Assembly: GCA_007280905.1 (NCBI GenBank)
Contig: QYQM01000070.1
Coordinates: 69 to 64,068 of the forward strand
Source of the DNA: Porphyromonadaceae bacterium
GTDB taxonomy: Bacteria > Bacteroidota > Bacteroidia > Bacteroidales > UBA12481
Length of the DNA stretch: 64,000 nt
Reading direction: 5' to 3'
The notes under the pieces are model-generated. The model did no database searches. It was not told the DNA's origin and saw only the letters and a program-made list of their open reading frames with translations. The position numbers were made by a program, and so were the translations under genes. Below are positions 37,065 to 47,215 of this stretch, in pieces. Within the stretch, counting starts at the first letter, position 1, and each line of letters opens with the position of its first letter.

Positions 37065-38444
37065 TTATTTGACAGCCCTGATCCCCAACTCGGTCAATTT
37101 TTGTTGAAGCAGTTCCGGATTTCTTGGTTTAGCAATTACGGTTCTTTTCCGATCGATCAGGATCATCGTAGGTGTGGCCCTGATGCCATAATCGTAGGCA
37201 ATCGAGCAATCCCAGCCTTTCAATTCAGAATAGTTGATCCAGGAATACCCGTTTTTTTGTATAGCATCTTCCCAATCTTTTTTCTTATTATCTAAGGAAA
37301 TTGCAACGATCTCAAGATCCGTCCTCGCATATCTGTCATAAAGTTTTTGCAATTTCGGAAGCATGTCATTGCAATGGGGGCACCAGCTTGCCCAGAAAAC
37401 CACCAGAATATACCGGGCCGGAATTTCCGACATAACCAGCGCCCCTTTGGGGTCCCTGGGAATTACAATTTCCGGAACCTGTTTTCCCGGGGAGGTTTTC
37501 TGATAAGATTCAACCCGTTCTTTAAACTCCCCCTTTTTCTTTTCATCCGCACAGGAAGCCTGTGCGAGGTAGAATTCAGTCAGATAGGTGAAAAATTCAT
37601 CGAATTCGGTCCTTTCAGCCCATTGTGCAATATCTTCCAGGAGAAACTGAAAAAGCACGTCGTTTACTGCCGCTGCCGACATGAGTTTGTCCAAACCTTT
37701 CTTCATGGCAGCTTCCAGGTTGTCAGGGCTATAGGCACGCTGGTACAGGCTGAAATAAGTTCTTACTTTATTAACCAGGCCGGGACTATACATCTGGTTG
37801 GTATCGGCAAAGCTGACATGGTCCCAGAAATGGTCGAGAACGTATTTCAGTTCATCTTTCGGATCAATTCCGGCCGGAACCTTTGGTGATATTTCCAACC
37901 TGAGAAATCCGGAAACGTAGGTATCGGGATATTTTTCCACGATATCGCGGGTGATCTTTTCCGGATCGCTTGCCCGAACTTTCTGTAATTCCCGTATAAC
38001 CTGCTGCTCAAATGGGTCAGTGGCAGGATAAAGCACAGCTAATCTCTGCAACAATTCAGCCTTTCGCTGGATTTCCAGAAAAAAGTGCATATACGAATTA
38101 AGCAACTGATTTTCTTTCGATTCGATGACTGTCAGACTATCGATGATGGAAGAGAAGTGCGTTCTCATCCGGATTTGTTCCTTATTAAAAATGATATCCC
38201 AGAATTGCTCGGGTCCGACTACTATACGGTACATACCAGGATGGGCATTCGCCGGCAGGGTAAAGGTAAAAAAGCCGTCGGGGGAGGCCTTTGCCGAATC
38301 CACCATATTACGGTTCAATCCCATATAGTCAAAAAGATAAGCCTTTTTTGTAGGCATTGAATCCACCTTTACCTGAATGGTATATTGAGCCGGTAAGCTG
38401 ATCTGATAACAGATAAAGAGAAGGATTATACCGGCCTTTTTCAT
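37065..38444 (-). CDS. Secreted TlpA/thioredoxin-like protein with a long N-terminal domain (459 aa)
   Basis: Signal peptide; C-terminal thioredoxin fold with 'VVFWASWCPHCNDMLP'. Confidence 0.75.
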   Translation of the reverse strand: MKKAGIILLFICYQISLPAQYTIQVKVDSMPTKKAYLFDYMGLNRNMVDSAKASPDGFFTFTLPANAHPGMYRIVVGPEQFWDIIFNKEQIRMRTHFSSIIDSLTVIESKENQLLNSYMHFFLEIQRKAELLQRLAVLYPATDPFEQQVIRELQKVRASDPEKITRDIVEKYPDTYVSGFLRLEISPKVPAGIDPKDELKYVLDHFWDHVSFADTNQMYSPGLVNKVRTYFSLYQRAYSPDNLEAAMKKGLDKLMSAAAVNDVLFQFLLEDIAQWAERTEFDEFFTYLTEFYLAQASCADEKKKGEFKERVESYQKTSPGKQVPEIVIPRDPKGALVMSEIPARYILVVFWASWCPHCNDMLPKLQKLYDRYARTDLEIVAISLDNKKKDWEDAIQKNGYSWINYSELKGWDCSIAYDYGIRATPTMILIDRKRTVIAKPRNPELLQQKLTELGIRAVK

Positions 38445-38456
38445 ATCGATCCCGGC

Positions 38457-39338
38457 TTAATATTTCAGAGACTCCACTCCGGCAACAATTTCGATCAGTT
38501 CATTGGTGATGGCTGCCTGTCGGGCTTTGTTATAATCGAGCGTCAGGTTCCGGATCATATCGGTGGCATTATCAGTGGCCTGGTGCATTGCCGTCATGCG
38601 TGCACCGTGTTCTGAGGCGACAGAATCCAACAGAGCTTTATATAATTGTACTTTGAGAGCTTCCGGAATCAATGTTTTAACCAGATATTCCAGATCGGGT
38701 TCAAAAATAAAAAACGGCTGTGTTTTTGAACCCGTGCTGCCATCAACCGATTCAACTGGTAAAAACCGCTCGACGGCGAGGGTTTGAGAGGCTGCATTTT
38801 TGAACTGATTATATATCAGGTCGATACGATCATATTTATTGTCCGTGAACTGCTGCATCAATGATTCAGCTATGGTTTCGGTTTTAACAAAGGTTGGCTT
38901 ATCTATCAGTTCATTGAGATATGGCCAGATTCCCCAACCCTTGCTTTTCAGGATTTCTCCGCCTTTTTTGCCGATAAAGATCAGATCGACGTGCCCTTTT
39001 CCCTTTTGAACCGGATATTGACCATTAACCCACTCAATAACAGCCTTTGCGATATTAGCATTAAAGCCACCGCATAGTCCGCGGTTAGCAGCGATCACCA
39101 CCATGAGGACTTTTTCGGGATCCCTGAGAACCGTCAATGGGCTGATATTTTTATCGTTGATTGCCCCACTCACCTGGCGTATCACCTCATGTAACCGCGA
39201 AGCATAAGGCCGGATCTGCGTAATTGCATCCTGAGCTTTTTTCAGCTTGGCTGCAGAAACCATTTTCATGGCACTGGTAATTTGCCTGGTCGATTTGACC
39301 GAGGTGATTCTTTGCCTTATTTCCTTTAAATTCGCCAT
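38457..39338 (-). CDS. atpG: F-type ATP synthase gamma subunit
   Basis: 'MANLKEIRQRITSVKSTRQITSAMKMVSAAKL' and C-terminal 'RQAAITNELIEIVAG'. Confidence 0.95.
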   Translation of the reverse strand: MANLKEIRQRITSVKSTRQITSAMKMVSAAKLKKAQDAITQIRPYASRLHEVIRQVSGAINDKNISPLTVLRDPEKVLMVVIAANRGLCGGFNANIAKAVIEWVNGQYPVQKGKGHVDLIFIGKKGGEILKSKGWGIWPYLNELIDKPTFVKTETIAESLMQQFTDNKYDRIDLIYNQFKNAASQTLAVERFLPVESVDGSTGSKTQPFFIFEPDLEYLVKTLIPEALKVQLYKALLDSVASEHGARMTAMHQATDNATDMIRNLTLDYNKARQAAITNELIEIVAGVESLKY

Positions 39339-39353
39339 CCGGGTTAATAACCT

Positions 39354-40940
39354 TTATTTCCTGTATTTAACGGTCATCTCAGAAACAACGCGGGTAAGAA
39401 TACTTTCAGACTTATCAGTGATCTGACCATTCCTCAGTTCATCCATCATTTCCGGGTATTTAATCTTAACATACTCCAGGAATGCTGATTCAAATTCACG
39501 GATTTTCTTAACCGGAACCTCGAATAACAATCCTCTGGTACCACAGAATAAAATAGCTATCTGTTCTTCAACCGAATAGGGATTATGCAGGTTTTGCTTA
39601 AGAATTTCAACATTTCGGGCACCTTTTCCCAGTACATTCAGGGTTGCTGAATCGAGATCGGAGCCGAATTTCGAGAATGCTTCCAGCTCGCGGTACTGAG
39701 CCTGGTCGAGTTTAAGCGAACCGGCCACTTTCTTCATGGCTTTAACCTGTGCTTCGCCCCCAACCCTGGAAACCGAGATCCCGACGTTGATAGCCGGCCG
39801 GATACCGGAGTTGAACAATCCGGATTCGAGGAATATCTGCCCGTCGGTTATAGAGATTACGTTGGTTGGAATGTAAGCTGAAATGTCGCCTGCCTGTGTT
39901 TCAATGATTGGCAATGCAGTAAGTGAACCTCCGCCTTTAATCAACGGCCTCAAAACTTCGGGGAGGTCGTTCATTCTTGCGGCTACCTCGTCGCTGTCGA
40001 TCACTTTAGCAGCTCTCTCCAGCAATCTGGAATGGAGATAAAATACATCGCCCGGATAAGCTTCTCGACCCGGCGGACGGCGAAGTAACAAGGAAACTTC
40101 GCGGTAGGAAACAGCTTGTTTGGATAAATCGTCATACACGATCAAAGCGTCCCGGCCGGTGTCACGGAAAAATTCTCCGATAGCGGCACCTGCAAACGGG
40201 GCATAAAACTGGAGTGCAGCGGGGTCACTGGCGGTAGCCATAACTATTACAGTATAAGGCATGGCGCCGTGTTCTTCAAATGTTTTAGCGATTTGCGCGA
40301 CAGTTGAGCCTTTTTGGCCGATGGCCACATAGATGCAATATACCGGTTTACCTTTCTCGTAATTTTGCCGCTGATTGATAATCGTATCGATGGCGATAGC
40401 TGTTTTACCGGTTTGCCGGTCGCCGATAATTAATTCGCGCTGACCGCGTCCGATGGGGATCATGGCATCGATAGCCTTTATGCCGGTTTGGAGCGGCTGA
40501 TTTACCGGCTGACGGAAGATTACACCGGGAGCCTTGCGCTCCAGTGGCAGTTCGATCAGTTTGCCTGTAATCGGTCCTTTGCCATCCAGCGGATCGCCAA
40601 TGGTGTTTATTACCCGGCCTAAAAGACCTTCGCCAACCCGTATTGAGGCTATCCTTCGCGACCGTTTTACATGGCTGCCTTCACCAATACCTACAGAAGG
40701 GCCCAACAGAACTGTACCAACATTATCTTCCTCCAGGTTAAGGACAATGCCCATGACTCCATTGTCGAATTCAACCAATTCGTTGCTCTGTACATTGGAA
40801 AGGCCATAAATACGGGCAATTCCGTCACCAACTTGCAATACAGATCCAACTTCTTCGAAGCTCGCATCGAGTTTCAATCCCTCCAGTTGCTGCCGTAAAA
40901 TCTGCGAAATTTCCGCCGGTTTAATGCTTGCCATGGTCAA
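39354..40940 (-). CDS. atpA: F-type ATP synthase alpha subunit
   Basis: Walker A 'GDRQTGKTA', '[41 protein letters not shown]'. The start could be Met3 (40934). Confidence 0.95.
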   Translation of the reverse strand: MTMASIKPAEISQILRQQLEGLKLDASFEEVGSVLQVGDGIARIYGLSNVQSNELVEFDNGVMGIVLNLEEDNVGTVLLGPSVGIGEGSHVKRSRRIASIRVGEGLLGRVINTIGDPLDGKGPITGKLIELPLERKAPGVIFRQPVNQPLQTGIKAIDAMIPIGRGQRELIIGDRQTGKTAIAIDTIINQRQNYEKGKPVYCIYVAIGQKGSTVAQIAKTFEEHGAMPYTVIVMATASDPAALQFYAPFAGAAIGEFFRDTGRDALIVYDDLSKQAVSYREVSLLLRRPPGREAYPGDVFYLHSRLLERAAKVIDSDEVAARMNDLPEVLRPLIKGGGSLTALPIIETQAGDISAYIPTNVISITDGQIFLESGLFNSGIRPAINVGISVSRVGGEAQVKAMKKVAGSLKLDQAQYRELEAFSKFGSDLDSATLNVLGKGARNVEILKQNLHNPYSVEEQIAILFCGTRGLLFEVPVKKIREFESAFLEYVKIKYPEMMDELRNGQITDKSESILTRVVSEMTVKYRK

Positions 40941-41486
40941 TTATTTCTTTGTTTCTCTTAATTCCTGTCTTATTCTTTTCAATTTCGACTGCACACTGGC
41001 ATCCAGCTGTTGGTCTTCTAGGGTCAGAATAAATCCGCCGATTAAGGCTTCATTAGTTTCTGTTTTCATATCAATCTTTCTGTGACTCGATTCTTCCAAT
41101 CGCTTTTTCAACCCATCCAGAAATTTAAGATTCACCGGAATAGCTGATTCTACTGTAGCATCTAATATTCCCTGATCGGCCTTGTACAACTCCGTGAACA
41201 TCCTGCAGATTGAAGAAAGATTGACTTCGCGCCGGTGGTGGATCAGAAGCAGCAGAAATTCCAGAGTGATTGGTTCCACCACTCCGGATAAGGCACTTTT
41301 CACCATCCGCGCTTTTTCGGAGCTCATGATAACCGGGCTTTCCAGAATCCATTTGAACTCAGGTGAATCTGCGAGCAATCGGGTAAGTTTAGAAAGATCC
41401 TTCTTTACTTTCTCAACCTGATTCCGCTCTTTAACCAGCAGAAAAAGAGCTCTTGCATATCTGGATGCTAGTCGGCTACCGTTCAT
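40941..41486 (-). CDS. atpH: F-type ATP synthase delta (OSCP) subunit
   Basis: 'ASRYARALF' N-terminus, 'LIGGF.L...D...D.SV...L' C-terminus, and its position between atpF and atpA. Confidence 0.85.
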   Translation of the reverse strand: MNGSRLASRYARALFLLVKERNQVEKVKKDLSKLTRLLADSPEFKWILESPVIMSSEKARMVKSALSGVVEPITLEFLLLLIHHRREVNLSSICRMFTELYKADQGILDATVESAIPVNLKFLDGLKKRLEESSHRKIDMKTETNEALIGGFILTLEDQQLDASVQSKLKRIRQELRETKK

Positions 41487-41490
41487 AAAA

Positions 41491-41985
41491 CTAGTTCAAT
41501 TTCAAGTCGCTAAGCTGTTCCTTGATCAGGGTTTCCTGCTGGGTACGGTCCGAAAGTTCCCTTTTCAGGATCTTTTCGGCAATATCCACTGATAATGAGG
41601 CAACCTGCTTCCTTATTTCGTTAATGGCGGCAAGTTTTTCGTTTTCAATCTGGCGCTGGGCGTGCTCAAAAACCCTGGCGGTTTCCTGAACGGCTTCATC
41701 CCGTGCTTTGCTGATCAATTGTTCCCTGATTTGCCTTGCTTCACCAATCAATTGATCGTGCTCGGCATGGGCCTCCTGAAGCATCTTTTCATGATCGGAT
41801 TTCAGGCGGGATAATCCCTCCCGTGCCTCATTGGCCGACTGAAGGGCTTTTTCGATAGATTGTTCGCGTTCCTTGAGCATTTTAAGGACGGGTCCCCAGG
41901 CATATTTCCGCAGAATAAAAAACACGACGGAAAAAGCCAGAACCATCCAGAAAATCGTTCCGTAATCCGGTGATACTAGTCCCAT
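41491..41985 (-). CDS. atpF: F-type ATP synthase b subunit
   Basis: A single N-terminal TM helix ('IFWMVLAFSVVFFIL') followed by a long charged coiled coil. Start set at 'MGLVSPDYG' (cat 41983-41985). Confidence 0.85.
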   Translation of the reverse strand: MGLVSPDYGTIFWMVLAFSVVFFILRKYAWGPVLKMLKEREQSIEKALQSANEAREGLSRLKSDHEKMLQEAHAEHDQLIGEARQIREQLISKARDEAVQETARVFEHAQRQIENEKLAAINEIRKQVASLSVDIAEKILKRELSDRTQQETLIKEQLSDLKLN

Positions 41986-42010
41986 ACTCTTAAATTTAAA
42001 CCGAACTTGC

Positions 42011-42280
42011 TTAACCAAGAAATACAATCAATAAGCAGACAATCATGGCGAAGAAACACGCTCCTTCAACCAAAGCAGCGGCAACGATCATATTCGCCCT
42101 GATATCTCCAACCGATTCCGGCTGGCGTGCAATAGCTTCCATGGCACTTTTACCAATCTGTCCAATTCCGATACCGGCTCCGATAGCAGCCAGTCCGGAT
42201 CCAATTGCAGCGCCCATTGGGGCCATTGGGGCCATTGCTGCACCTGCAGCCTGTAAAATAAATACGATAAAACTTAACAT
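42011..42280 (-). CDS. atpE: F-type ATP synthase c subunit
   Basis: 'GLAAIGAGIGIGQIG.SAMEAIARQPE......AAALVEG..FFAMIV'. Start set at 'MLSFIVF' (cat 42278-42280). The N-terminus contains a 9-nt tandem duplication encoding MAPMAPM. Confidence 0.9.
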   Translation of the reverse strand: MLSFIVFILQAAGAAMAPMAPMGAAIGSGLAAIGAGIGIGQIGKSAMEAIARQPESVGDIRANMIVAAALVEGACFFAMIVCLLIVFLG

Positions 42281-42311
42281 ACTCTTTAGGTATTTGGCGT
42301 TAATAATACTC

Positions 42312-43415
42312 TTAATGACTTTCCTCCCGTGCCATTCCGAAATAGATAGCGGAAAGAAGAGTGAAAACGTAAGCCTGGATAAAGGCAACCAGCAGTTCGA
42401 GCATCGTCATGAATACATAGAATAAAACGGAAACGATTGAGGAACCATAGCCGGCAATCCAGTTGATCTGTCCAAAAATAAAAATCATCACAATGAAGCT
42501 CAATGCTATAAAATGCCCAGCCAGGATGTTGGCAAAGAGCCGGATGCACAAAACGAGCGGTTTGGTAAAAGCCCCAAGCAATTCAATAAAGGGCATCAGG
42601 GGAATCGGAAACTTCAGCCACCAGGGTACTCCGGGTGCGTTGAAAATGTGTTTCCAGTAATGGCGATTGGTGCTGAAGGTGGTAATCAGAAAGGAAAATA
42701 TCGCCAGCAAAGCGGTAATGGCAATGTTCCCTGTGACATTAGCACCTCCCGGAGGGATTGGTACCAGGCCCATCAGGTTATTGACCAGAATAAAAAAGAA
42801 TGCCGTTAAAAGATAGGGCATGAATTTTTCATACCGGTGTATGCCGATTGACGGAATGGCAATGTCATCTCTGACAAAAAGGATAACGGGTTCGATCAGG
42901 GATTGAAATCCGCTGGGTGCCTTTCCGGGATTCTTAACATATTTCCTTGCCAAAGGGATAAACACGAGAAGAATGAGGATCATGCTGATCAGCATGGCGG
43001 CTACTGTTTTGGTTATCGATAAGTCGATTGGGAGCGGAACCTCCTCGTTAATAGATCCATCAGAATTAGCTTGAACAATCTTCCCTTCATGAGGCCCTTC
43101 CTGAGCAATCAGATAACCTTTGTATGCTTTAGTACCATGGTGGAACTTTGAAGAAAAAAAAACCGAAAGGCCCTTTTCGCGGGTATACAAAATCACGGGA
43201 AGAGGAATGCTAATGTGGGTTTCCCTGATTTTCATGATATGCCATTCATGGGCATCCATTACATGCTCCATGACAAATTTTCCGGCATCAAATTTCTTAG
43301 GTGCTTCGCTTTGCTCTTTAAGCTCTTTCTGGCTTTCCGGATTCAATGCCATCAAGCGGCTCCCGGGTGCCACCATCAGGAGCAGGATCCACGCAATATA
43401 CATCCATCTCTTCAT
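42312..43415 (-). CDS. atpB: F-type ATP synthase a subunit
   Basis: Essential Arg motif 'IRLFANILAGH'; polytopic; long N-terminal extension with a signal-like segment, as in Bacteroidota. Confidence 0.9.
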   Translation of the reverse strand: MKRWMYIAWILLLMVAPGSRLMALNPESQKELKEQSEAPKKFDAGKFVMEHVMDAHEWHIMKIRETHISIPLPVILYTREKGLSVFFSSKFHHGTKAYKGYLIAQEGPHEGKIVQANSDGSINEEVPLPIDLSITKTVAAMLISMILILLVFIPLARKYVKNPGKAPSGFQSLIEPVILFVRDDIAIPSIGIHRYEKFMPYLLTAFFFILVNNLMGLVPIPPGGANVTGNIAITALLAIFSFLITTFSTNRHYWKHIFNAPGVPWWLKFPIPLMPFIELLGAFTKPLVLCIRLFANILAGHFIALSFIVMIFIFGQINWIAGYGSSIVSVLFYVFMTMLELLVAFIQAYVFTLLSAIYFGMAREESH

Positions 43416-43457
43416 TCCTGTTCGGTTTCAGCAAGGTGGCAAATGTATAAAAAAAAA

Positions 43458-43850
43458 TTATCGTTCTGCTTGCTTTCTGGATTGCCTGTTCAGAGATCTT
43501 GACTCAAAAATCATATATACCAGGTACATGATAAAAGTTGCGATCAGGAATGGTAAAGCATGTTCTTTATGCAAGGCCGAGTAAATAAACATAAATGCCA
43601 TCAGTATCAAGATTTTCAAGGCTTTATAGATCAAAAAGGCTGAATTGAACTTACTGAATTTTTCTTCCATAAGGCGGGTAAGCACCACCTGTCCGGCAGC
43701 TGTTACCACAACAATAGCAGCCAGCATAAACGGTAAGACCGGGGGATACTGCCCGGGTAATATATAAACGAAGGCCACCCAACCCAGCCCAATCAATAAA
43801 AGTGTTATCAGGGTAAGCTCGATCCAGTATCTGGTATCCACATTTTTCAT
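43458..43850 (-). CDS. Four-TM membrane protein in the atp leader region (function unknown; AtpI-position)
   Basis: A hydrophobic 130-aa ORF tightly packed between the AtpZ-like gene and atpB. Confidence 0.55.
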   Translation of the reverse strand: MKNVDTRYWIELTLITLLLIGLGWVAFVYILPGQYPPVLPFMLAAIVVVTAAGQVVLTRLMEEKFSKFNSAFLIYKALKILILMAFMFIYSALHKEHALPFLIATFIMYLVYMIFESRSLNRQSRKQAER

Positions 43851-43852
43851 AG

Positions 43853-44089
43853 CTAAAGATCCTTTATCAATAAATACATGGTAATTATCAATCCTCCGAT
43901 TGATAAGAGCAACGTGAACAGTGGAAAACCAATATTAATCCACTTATCTATTTGCCATCCGATAAAAAAAGCGGCCAGAATGACCGCAATCAGTTTGAAA
44001 GCCAGGTTGGAATAGCGGGCATAATCCCGCAGCATCCGCTTTTCCTTATCCAGCTTATTTGGGAAGGACGACTTCTTTCCGTTTTGCAT
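43853..44089 (-). CDS. AtpZ/AtpI-family small membrane protein
   Basis: '...YARYSNLAFKLIAVILAAFFIGWQIDKW...FPLFTLLLSIGGLIITMYLLIKD', a two-TM hairpin. Start chosen at 'MQNGKKSS' (cat 44087-44089), which overlaps the bactofilin 3' end by 35 nt. The Met at 44035 is an alternative. Confidence 0.6.
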   Translation of the reverse strand: MQNGKKSSFPNKLDKEKRMLRDYARYSNLAFKLIAVILAAFFIGWQIDKWINIGFPLFTLLLSIGGLIITMYLLIKDL

Positions 44090-44432
44090 CGGAGTCAGTG
44101 TCCATTCGGCAAGTTCCGGTAAATACTGCACCTGGGTCGATTGCCAGCTTGCGGGTAATGATTTCTCCGTTGAAACGGGCGGTAGCTTTCAGGCTTACCA
44201 GATCGGCAGCATGGATATTACCGGTTATCTGCCCGGAAACCTCTAGTGTCTGGCAAATTATATCACCTAAAATTTGTCCGGATGCACCGATCACCACCTT
44301 CCCTTTGATATCCATTTTCCCGTGTAGCTGACCATCGATCCTGATTCCGGAGTTGGATTCAACATCTCCTTTTACCTGAGTACCGGCAGAGATCAGGTTA
44401 ATCGCATTGGTTGATTCGATTTCTTTTGCCAT
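44055..44432 (-). CDS. Bactofilin (polymer-forming cytoskeletal protein, DUF583)
   Basis: Beta-helical repeat pattern 'ISAGTQVKGDVESNSGIRIDGQLHGKMDIKGKVVIGASGQILGDIICQTLEVSGQITGNIHA..LVSLKATARFNGEI'. Confidence 0.8.
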   Translation of the reverse strand: MAKEIESTNAINLISAGTQVKGDVESNSGIRIDGQLHGKMDIKGKVVIGASGQILGDIICQTLEVSGQITGNIHAADLVSLKATARFNGEIITRKLAIDPGAVFTGTCRMDTDSDAKRKEVVLPK

Positions 44433-44486
44433 ATCGCTTCATATTTTCAGGTAAATGTAAAAAAAAACCGGCTTATCAACAAAGTT

Positions 44487-45482
44487 TTAAACAGGATCGT
44501 ACGCCCATGTCAGATAAAGTGCTCCCCAGGTAAATCCGCCACCGAAAGCCGTAAGGATAAGTTGGTCTCCCTTTTTCAGCTGATTTTCATATTCCCATAA
44601 GACCAATGGGATTGTTGCAGTGGTGGTATTGCCGTATTTCTGGATATTCACCATCACGCGGTTGGGATCAAGTCCCATCCTCCTGCCAACTGCTTCAATA
44701 ATACGAAGATTAGCCTGATGGGGAACCAGCCATAATTTGTCGGCCGTGAGGTTATGCTTTTCCATCATCTCAACAGAGATATCGGCCATTTTCGATACCG
44801 CCATTTTAAATACGGTTTGACCCTCCTGATATAAATAATGTTCTTTGGCATCAACCGTTTCATGCGATGCGGGTCGTATTGAACCACCAGCTTTCAAATA
44901 GAGGTGTTTTCTTCCTGACCCGTCGGTGCGCAGGATGTGATCCTGAATTCCATATTCACTATTGGGTTCCAGCAGCACAACACCGGCACCGTCACCAAAC
45001 AAAGGGCAGGTATTCCGATCGGTATAATCGGTTATCGATGACATTTTATCGGCACCGATGCACAATATTTTTTTTGCACTTCCGGTTTCGATGAATTTTG
45101 ACGCTACAGCAAGCATAAATACAAATCCGGAACAGGCTGCAGCCATATCAAAACTGAAGGCATTTTTTATTCCGACCTTATCGCTGATAATGTTGGCCGT
45201 GGCAGGGAAAGCCATATCAGGGGTGACAGTGGTGCAAATGACCATGTCAATATCCTCCGGATTAGTGCCTGTCTTTTTCAGAAGTTTTTTTACTGCCGGA
45301 ACAGCCATATCTGAAGTTCCCAGACCTGGTTCCTTCAAAAGATGCCGTTCTCTGATGCCGGTTCGTGAAACGATCCATTCGTCGGTGGTATCCACCATTT
45401 TTTCCAGATCGGAATTGGTCAGAATATCGGGGGGAGTATAGGCCTCAACCCCTGTTATGGCCGCATATATCTTTTGCATCAT
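44487..45482 (-). CDS. fabH: 3-oxoacyl-ACP synthase III
   Basis: Catalytic Cys 'DMAAACSGF', 'VPHQANLRII', 'GNTTTATIPL'. Confidence 0.95.
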   Translation of the reverse strand: MMQKIYAAITGVEAYTPPDILTNSDLEKMVDTTDEWIVSRTGIRERHLLKEPGLGTSDMAVPAVKKLLKKTGTNPEDIDMVICTTVTPDMAFPATANIISDKVGIKNAFSFDMAAACSGFVFMLAVASKFIETGSAKKILCIGADKMSSITDYTDRNTCPLFGDGAGVVLLEPNSEYGIQDHILRTDGSGRKHLYLKAGGSIRPASHETVDAKEHYLYQEGQTVFKMAVSKMADISVEMMEKHNLTADKLWLVPHQANLRIIEAVGRRMGLDPNRVMVNIQKYGNTTTATIPLVLWEYENQLKKGDQLILTAFGGGFTWGALYLTWAYDPV

Positions 45483-46417
45483 TCAAATGCTTTCTTAAGT
45501 TTTGTAATTAAACCGGACTGAACAAGGTCGCGGTTGTTGATCAGCATATTCTTAATGGCGAGAGGAGTGGACTTTCCATGCCCGATCAAAACGGGTGATC
45601 CAATCCCGATGATCGGGATTCCGCCAAAATTCTCATAATTGTACTGTTCAAAGAAGGGATTCGAAAGTTTGAGTTTTTGACTCAGATAGTAAACGGATTC
45701 TGCCATCTTAAGCACAACATTACCGATAAATCCTTCACAAACAACAACATCGGCTTTATCAGCAAATAGCTCATTCCCCTCCACATTACCAATAAAATTG
45801 AAATCCCGGCTATCTTTCATCATCTGGAATGCGGCTTTGGTGAGCAGATTTCCTTTTTCTTCTTCTTCACCGATATTCAGGAGGCCGACTTTTGGATTGG
45901 TGGCTCCGTGAATATGCTCGGCATAGAATGATCCCATGATCGCATACTGGTACATGACATCGGGCCTGGCATCCGGGTTAAGTCCGACGTCGAGCAGGAG
46001 AGTATATTCATTTTCTCCCTTGGGAATCGAAACTCCAATACAAGGCCGGATAATTCCCGGTATGGATTTGATGGTAAACATGGCCCCCGCCATCATGGCT
46101 CCCGTATTTCCCGCACTGCAGAATCCATCAAGCTTTCCTTCTGCGAGCATCTGGAATCCAACACCCATGCTTGAATCCTTTTTCAATGAGAAAGCTTTAA
46201 CCGGATGGTCTCCCATGCCGATAACCTGGGTGGTCGGTACAACAAGAAAATTGCCGGGGTCGAAATTCTCCTCCCGGCAAGTAGTTTCAATGGCTTGCTT
46301 GTCACCGATTAATATCAGTTCAACATCAGGAGGCATTTCCTTTTTTGCCAGGATAGCCCCTTTTGTCGTCGAAATGGGAGCATGATCGCCCCCCATAATA
46401 TCCAGACCGATCTTCAT
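45479..46417 (-). CDS. plsX: Phosphate acyltransferase PlsX
   Basis: 'MKIGLDIMGGDHAP', 'GNTGAMMAG', 'VVCEGFIGNVVLK'. Start set at 46417 to avoid overlap with rpmF. Confidence 0.9.
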   Translation of the reverse strand: MKIGLDIMGGDHAPISTTKGAILAKKEMPPDVELILIGDKQAIETTCREENFDPGNFLVVPTTQVIGMGDHPVKAFSLKKDSSMGVGFQMLAEGKLDGFCSAGNTGAMMAGAMFTIKSIPGIIRPCIGVSIPKGENEYTLLLDVGLNPDARPDVMYQYAIMGSFYAEHIHGATNPKVGLLNIGEEEEKGNLLTKAAFQMMKDSRDFNFIGNVEGNELFADKADVVVCEGFIGNVVLKMAESVYYLSQKLKLSNPFFEQYNYENFGGIPIIGIGSPVLIGHGKSTPLAIKNMLINNRDLVQSGLITKLKKAFE

Positions 46418-46445
46418 CTGATTTTCTGATCTGATAATTACCTGA

Positions 46446-46631
46446 CTATGCGGTAACTTCCTTTTCGATAGCCAGTTTACCACGGTAATGTCCGCATTCC
46501 GGACAAACACGGTGATACTGGACGGTAGCTCCGCAATTGGAACAGGTAGCCAACTGAGAAGGAGTAGCTTTGTAATGAGTTCTCCGCTTATTTCTCCTCT
46601 GTTTCGACGTTCTGTGTTTAGGATTTGGCAT
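46446..46631 (-). CDS. rpmF: 50S ribosomal protein L32
   Basis: 'MPNPKHRTSKQRRNKRRTH' and a zinc-ribbon 'C.NCG......H.VCP.CG.Y'. Confidence 0.95.
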   Translation of the reverse strand: MPNPKHRTSKQRRNKRRTHYKATPSQLATCSNCGATVQYHRVCPECGHYRGKLAIEKEVTA

Positions 46632-46643
46632 GACTGTAACTAT

Positions 46644-47114
46644 TTATTTAACACTTAAATTTTTCAATAAATCGAGCATTACCGGATCGCAACCCGGCTT
46701 GCCGCCTGCTTTGTCGGGATGAACCTTGCGCATCGGCAGACTGAGTATGACGTACTCATAAAGGTATTGTGACAAATCGAATTGGTAGGCCTCATTAGGA
46801 AGCCAAACCACATCAAATTCATCTTCTTTGTTCCCGTGTCCGAATCTCCCGTAAAGTCTGAATTCACCGGTTATTGGTTGTTCATATTCCTCCAGGCACC
46901 GGTCGCATGGCAGCGCAACCCACCCGTCGAGTGTAAAACTGAACTCCAACTGGCGCTCTTGCCTGATCATTTCAATTTTAACAAGCACATCAGCCTTCTG
47001 GATTTCACTCTCGGGGAATAGTCCAAAGAACGTATCAACAAGCTCAAATTCAAAGTCATGCAGTCCATTTGAATAGGAGCTGAAAGGGATAATATATTCA
47101 GAAAAACGGTTCAA
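46644..47114 (-). CDS. yceD: YceD/DUF177 family protein (large-subunit accumulation factor), probable TTG start
   Basis: 'C.R CL' motif ('LPCDRCLEEY') and its position upstream of rpmF. The track start at 47198 would place a good -7 box (47137-47144) inside the CDS. The in-frame TTG at 47112-47114 gives 'MNRFSEYIIPF...'. Confidence 0.6.
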   Translation of the reverse strand: MNRFSEYIIPFSSYSNGLHDFEFELVDTFFGLFPESEIQKADVLVKIEMIRQERQLEFSFTLDGWVALPCDRCLEEYEQPITGEFRLYGRFGHGNKEDEFDVVWLPNEAYQFDLSQYLYEYVILSLPMRKVHPDKAGGKPGCDPVMLDLLKNLSVK

Positions 47115-47136
47115 CCCTCTTTCAAAAAATGTCCGG

Positions 47137-47144
47137 CAAAAGTA
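47137..47144 (-). promoter_or_regulatory. -7 promoter box TACTTTTG for the yceD-rpmF-plsX-fabH operon
   Basis: On the minus strand 'tacttttg' matches TAnnTTTG, 22 nt upstream of the proposed TTG start. Confidence 0.45.
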
Positions 47145-47215
47145 TAAAACAATATCGGAATAAAAAAAAGATTTCGAGAACCCCCGGGTAATCCGCAAGT
47201 TAACTGTAAATGAGC

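Noticed and set aside
37347-37889. 180-aa plus-strand ORF
   Set aside because: It is antisense to the TlpA-like gene, which has a signal peptide and a CxxC thioredoxin motif. Its composition is that of a shadow ORF.
42215-42240. 9-nt tandem duplication (ggggccatt x2) giving MAPMAPM in the c-subunit N-terminus
   Set aside because: It is a small in-frame duplication in the non-conserved N-terminal tail, probably neutral, and not part of the heptamer families.
42045-42425. 126-aa plus-strand ORF rich in Ala/Pro/Ile
   Set aside because: It is antisense to atpE (c subunit) and the end of atpB. GC-rich Gly/Ala codons on the true strand generate it.
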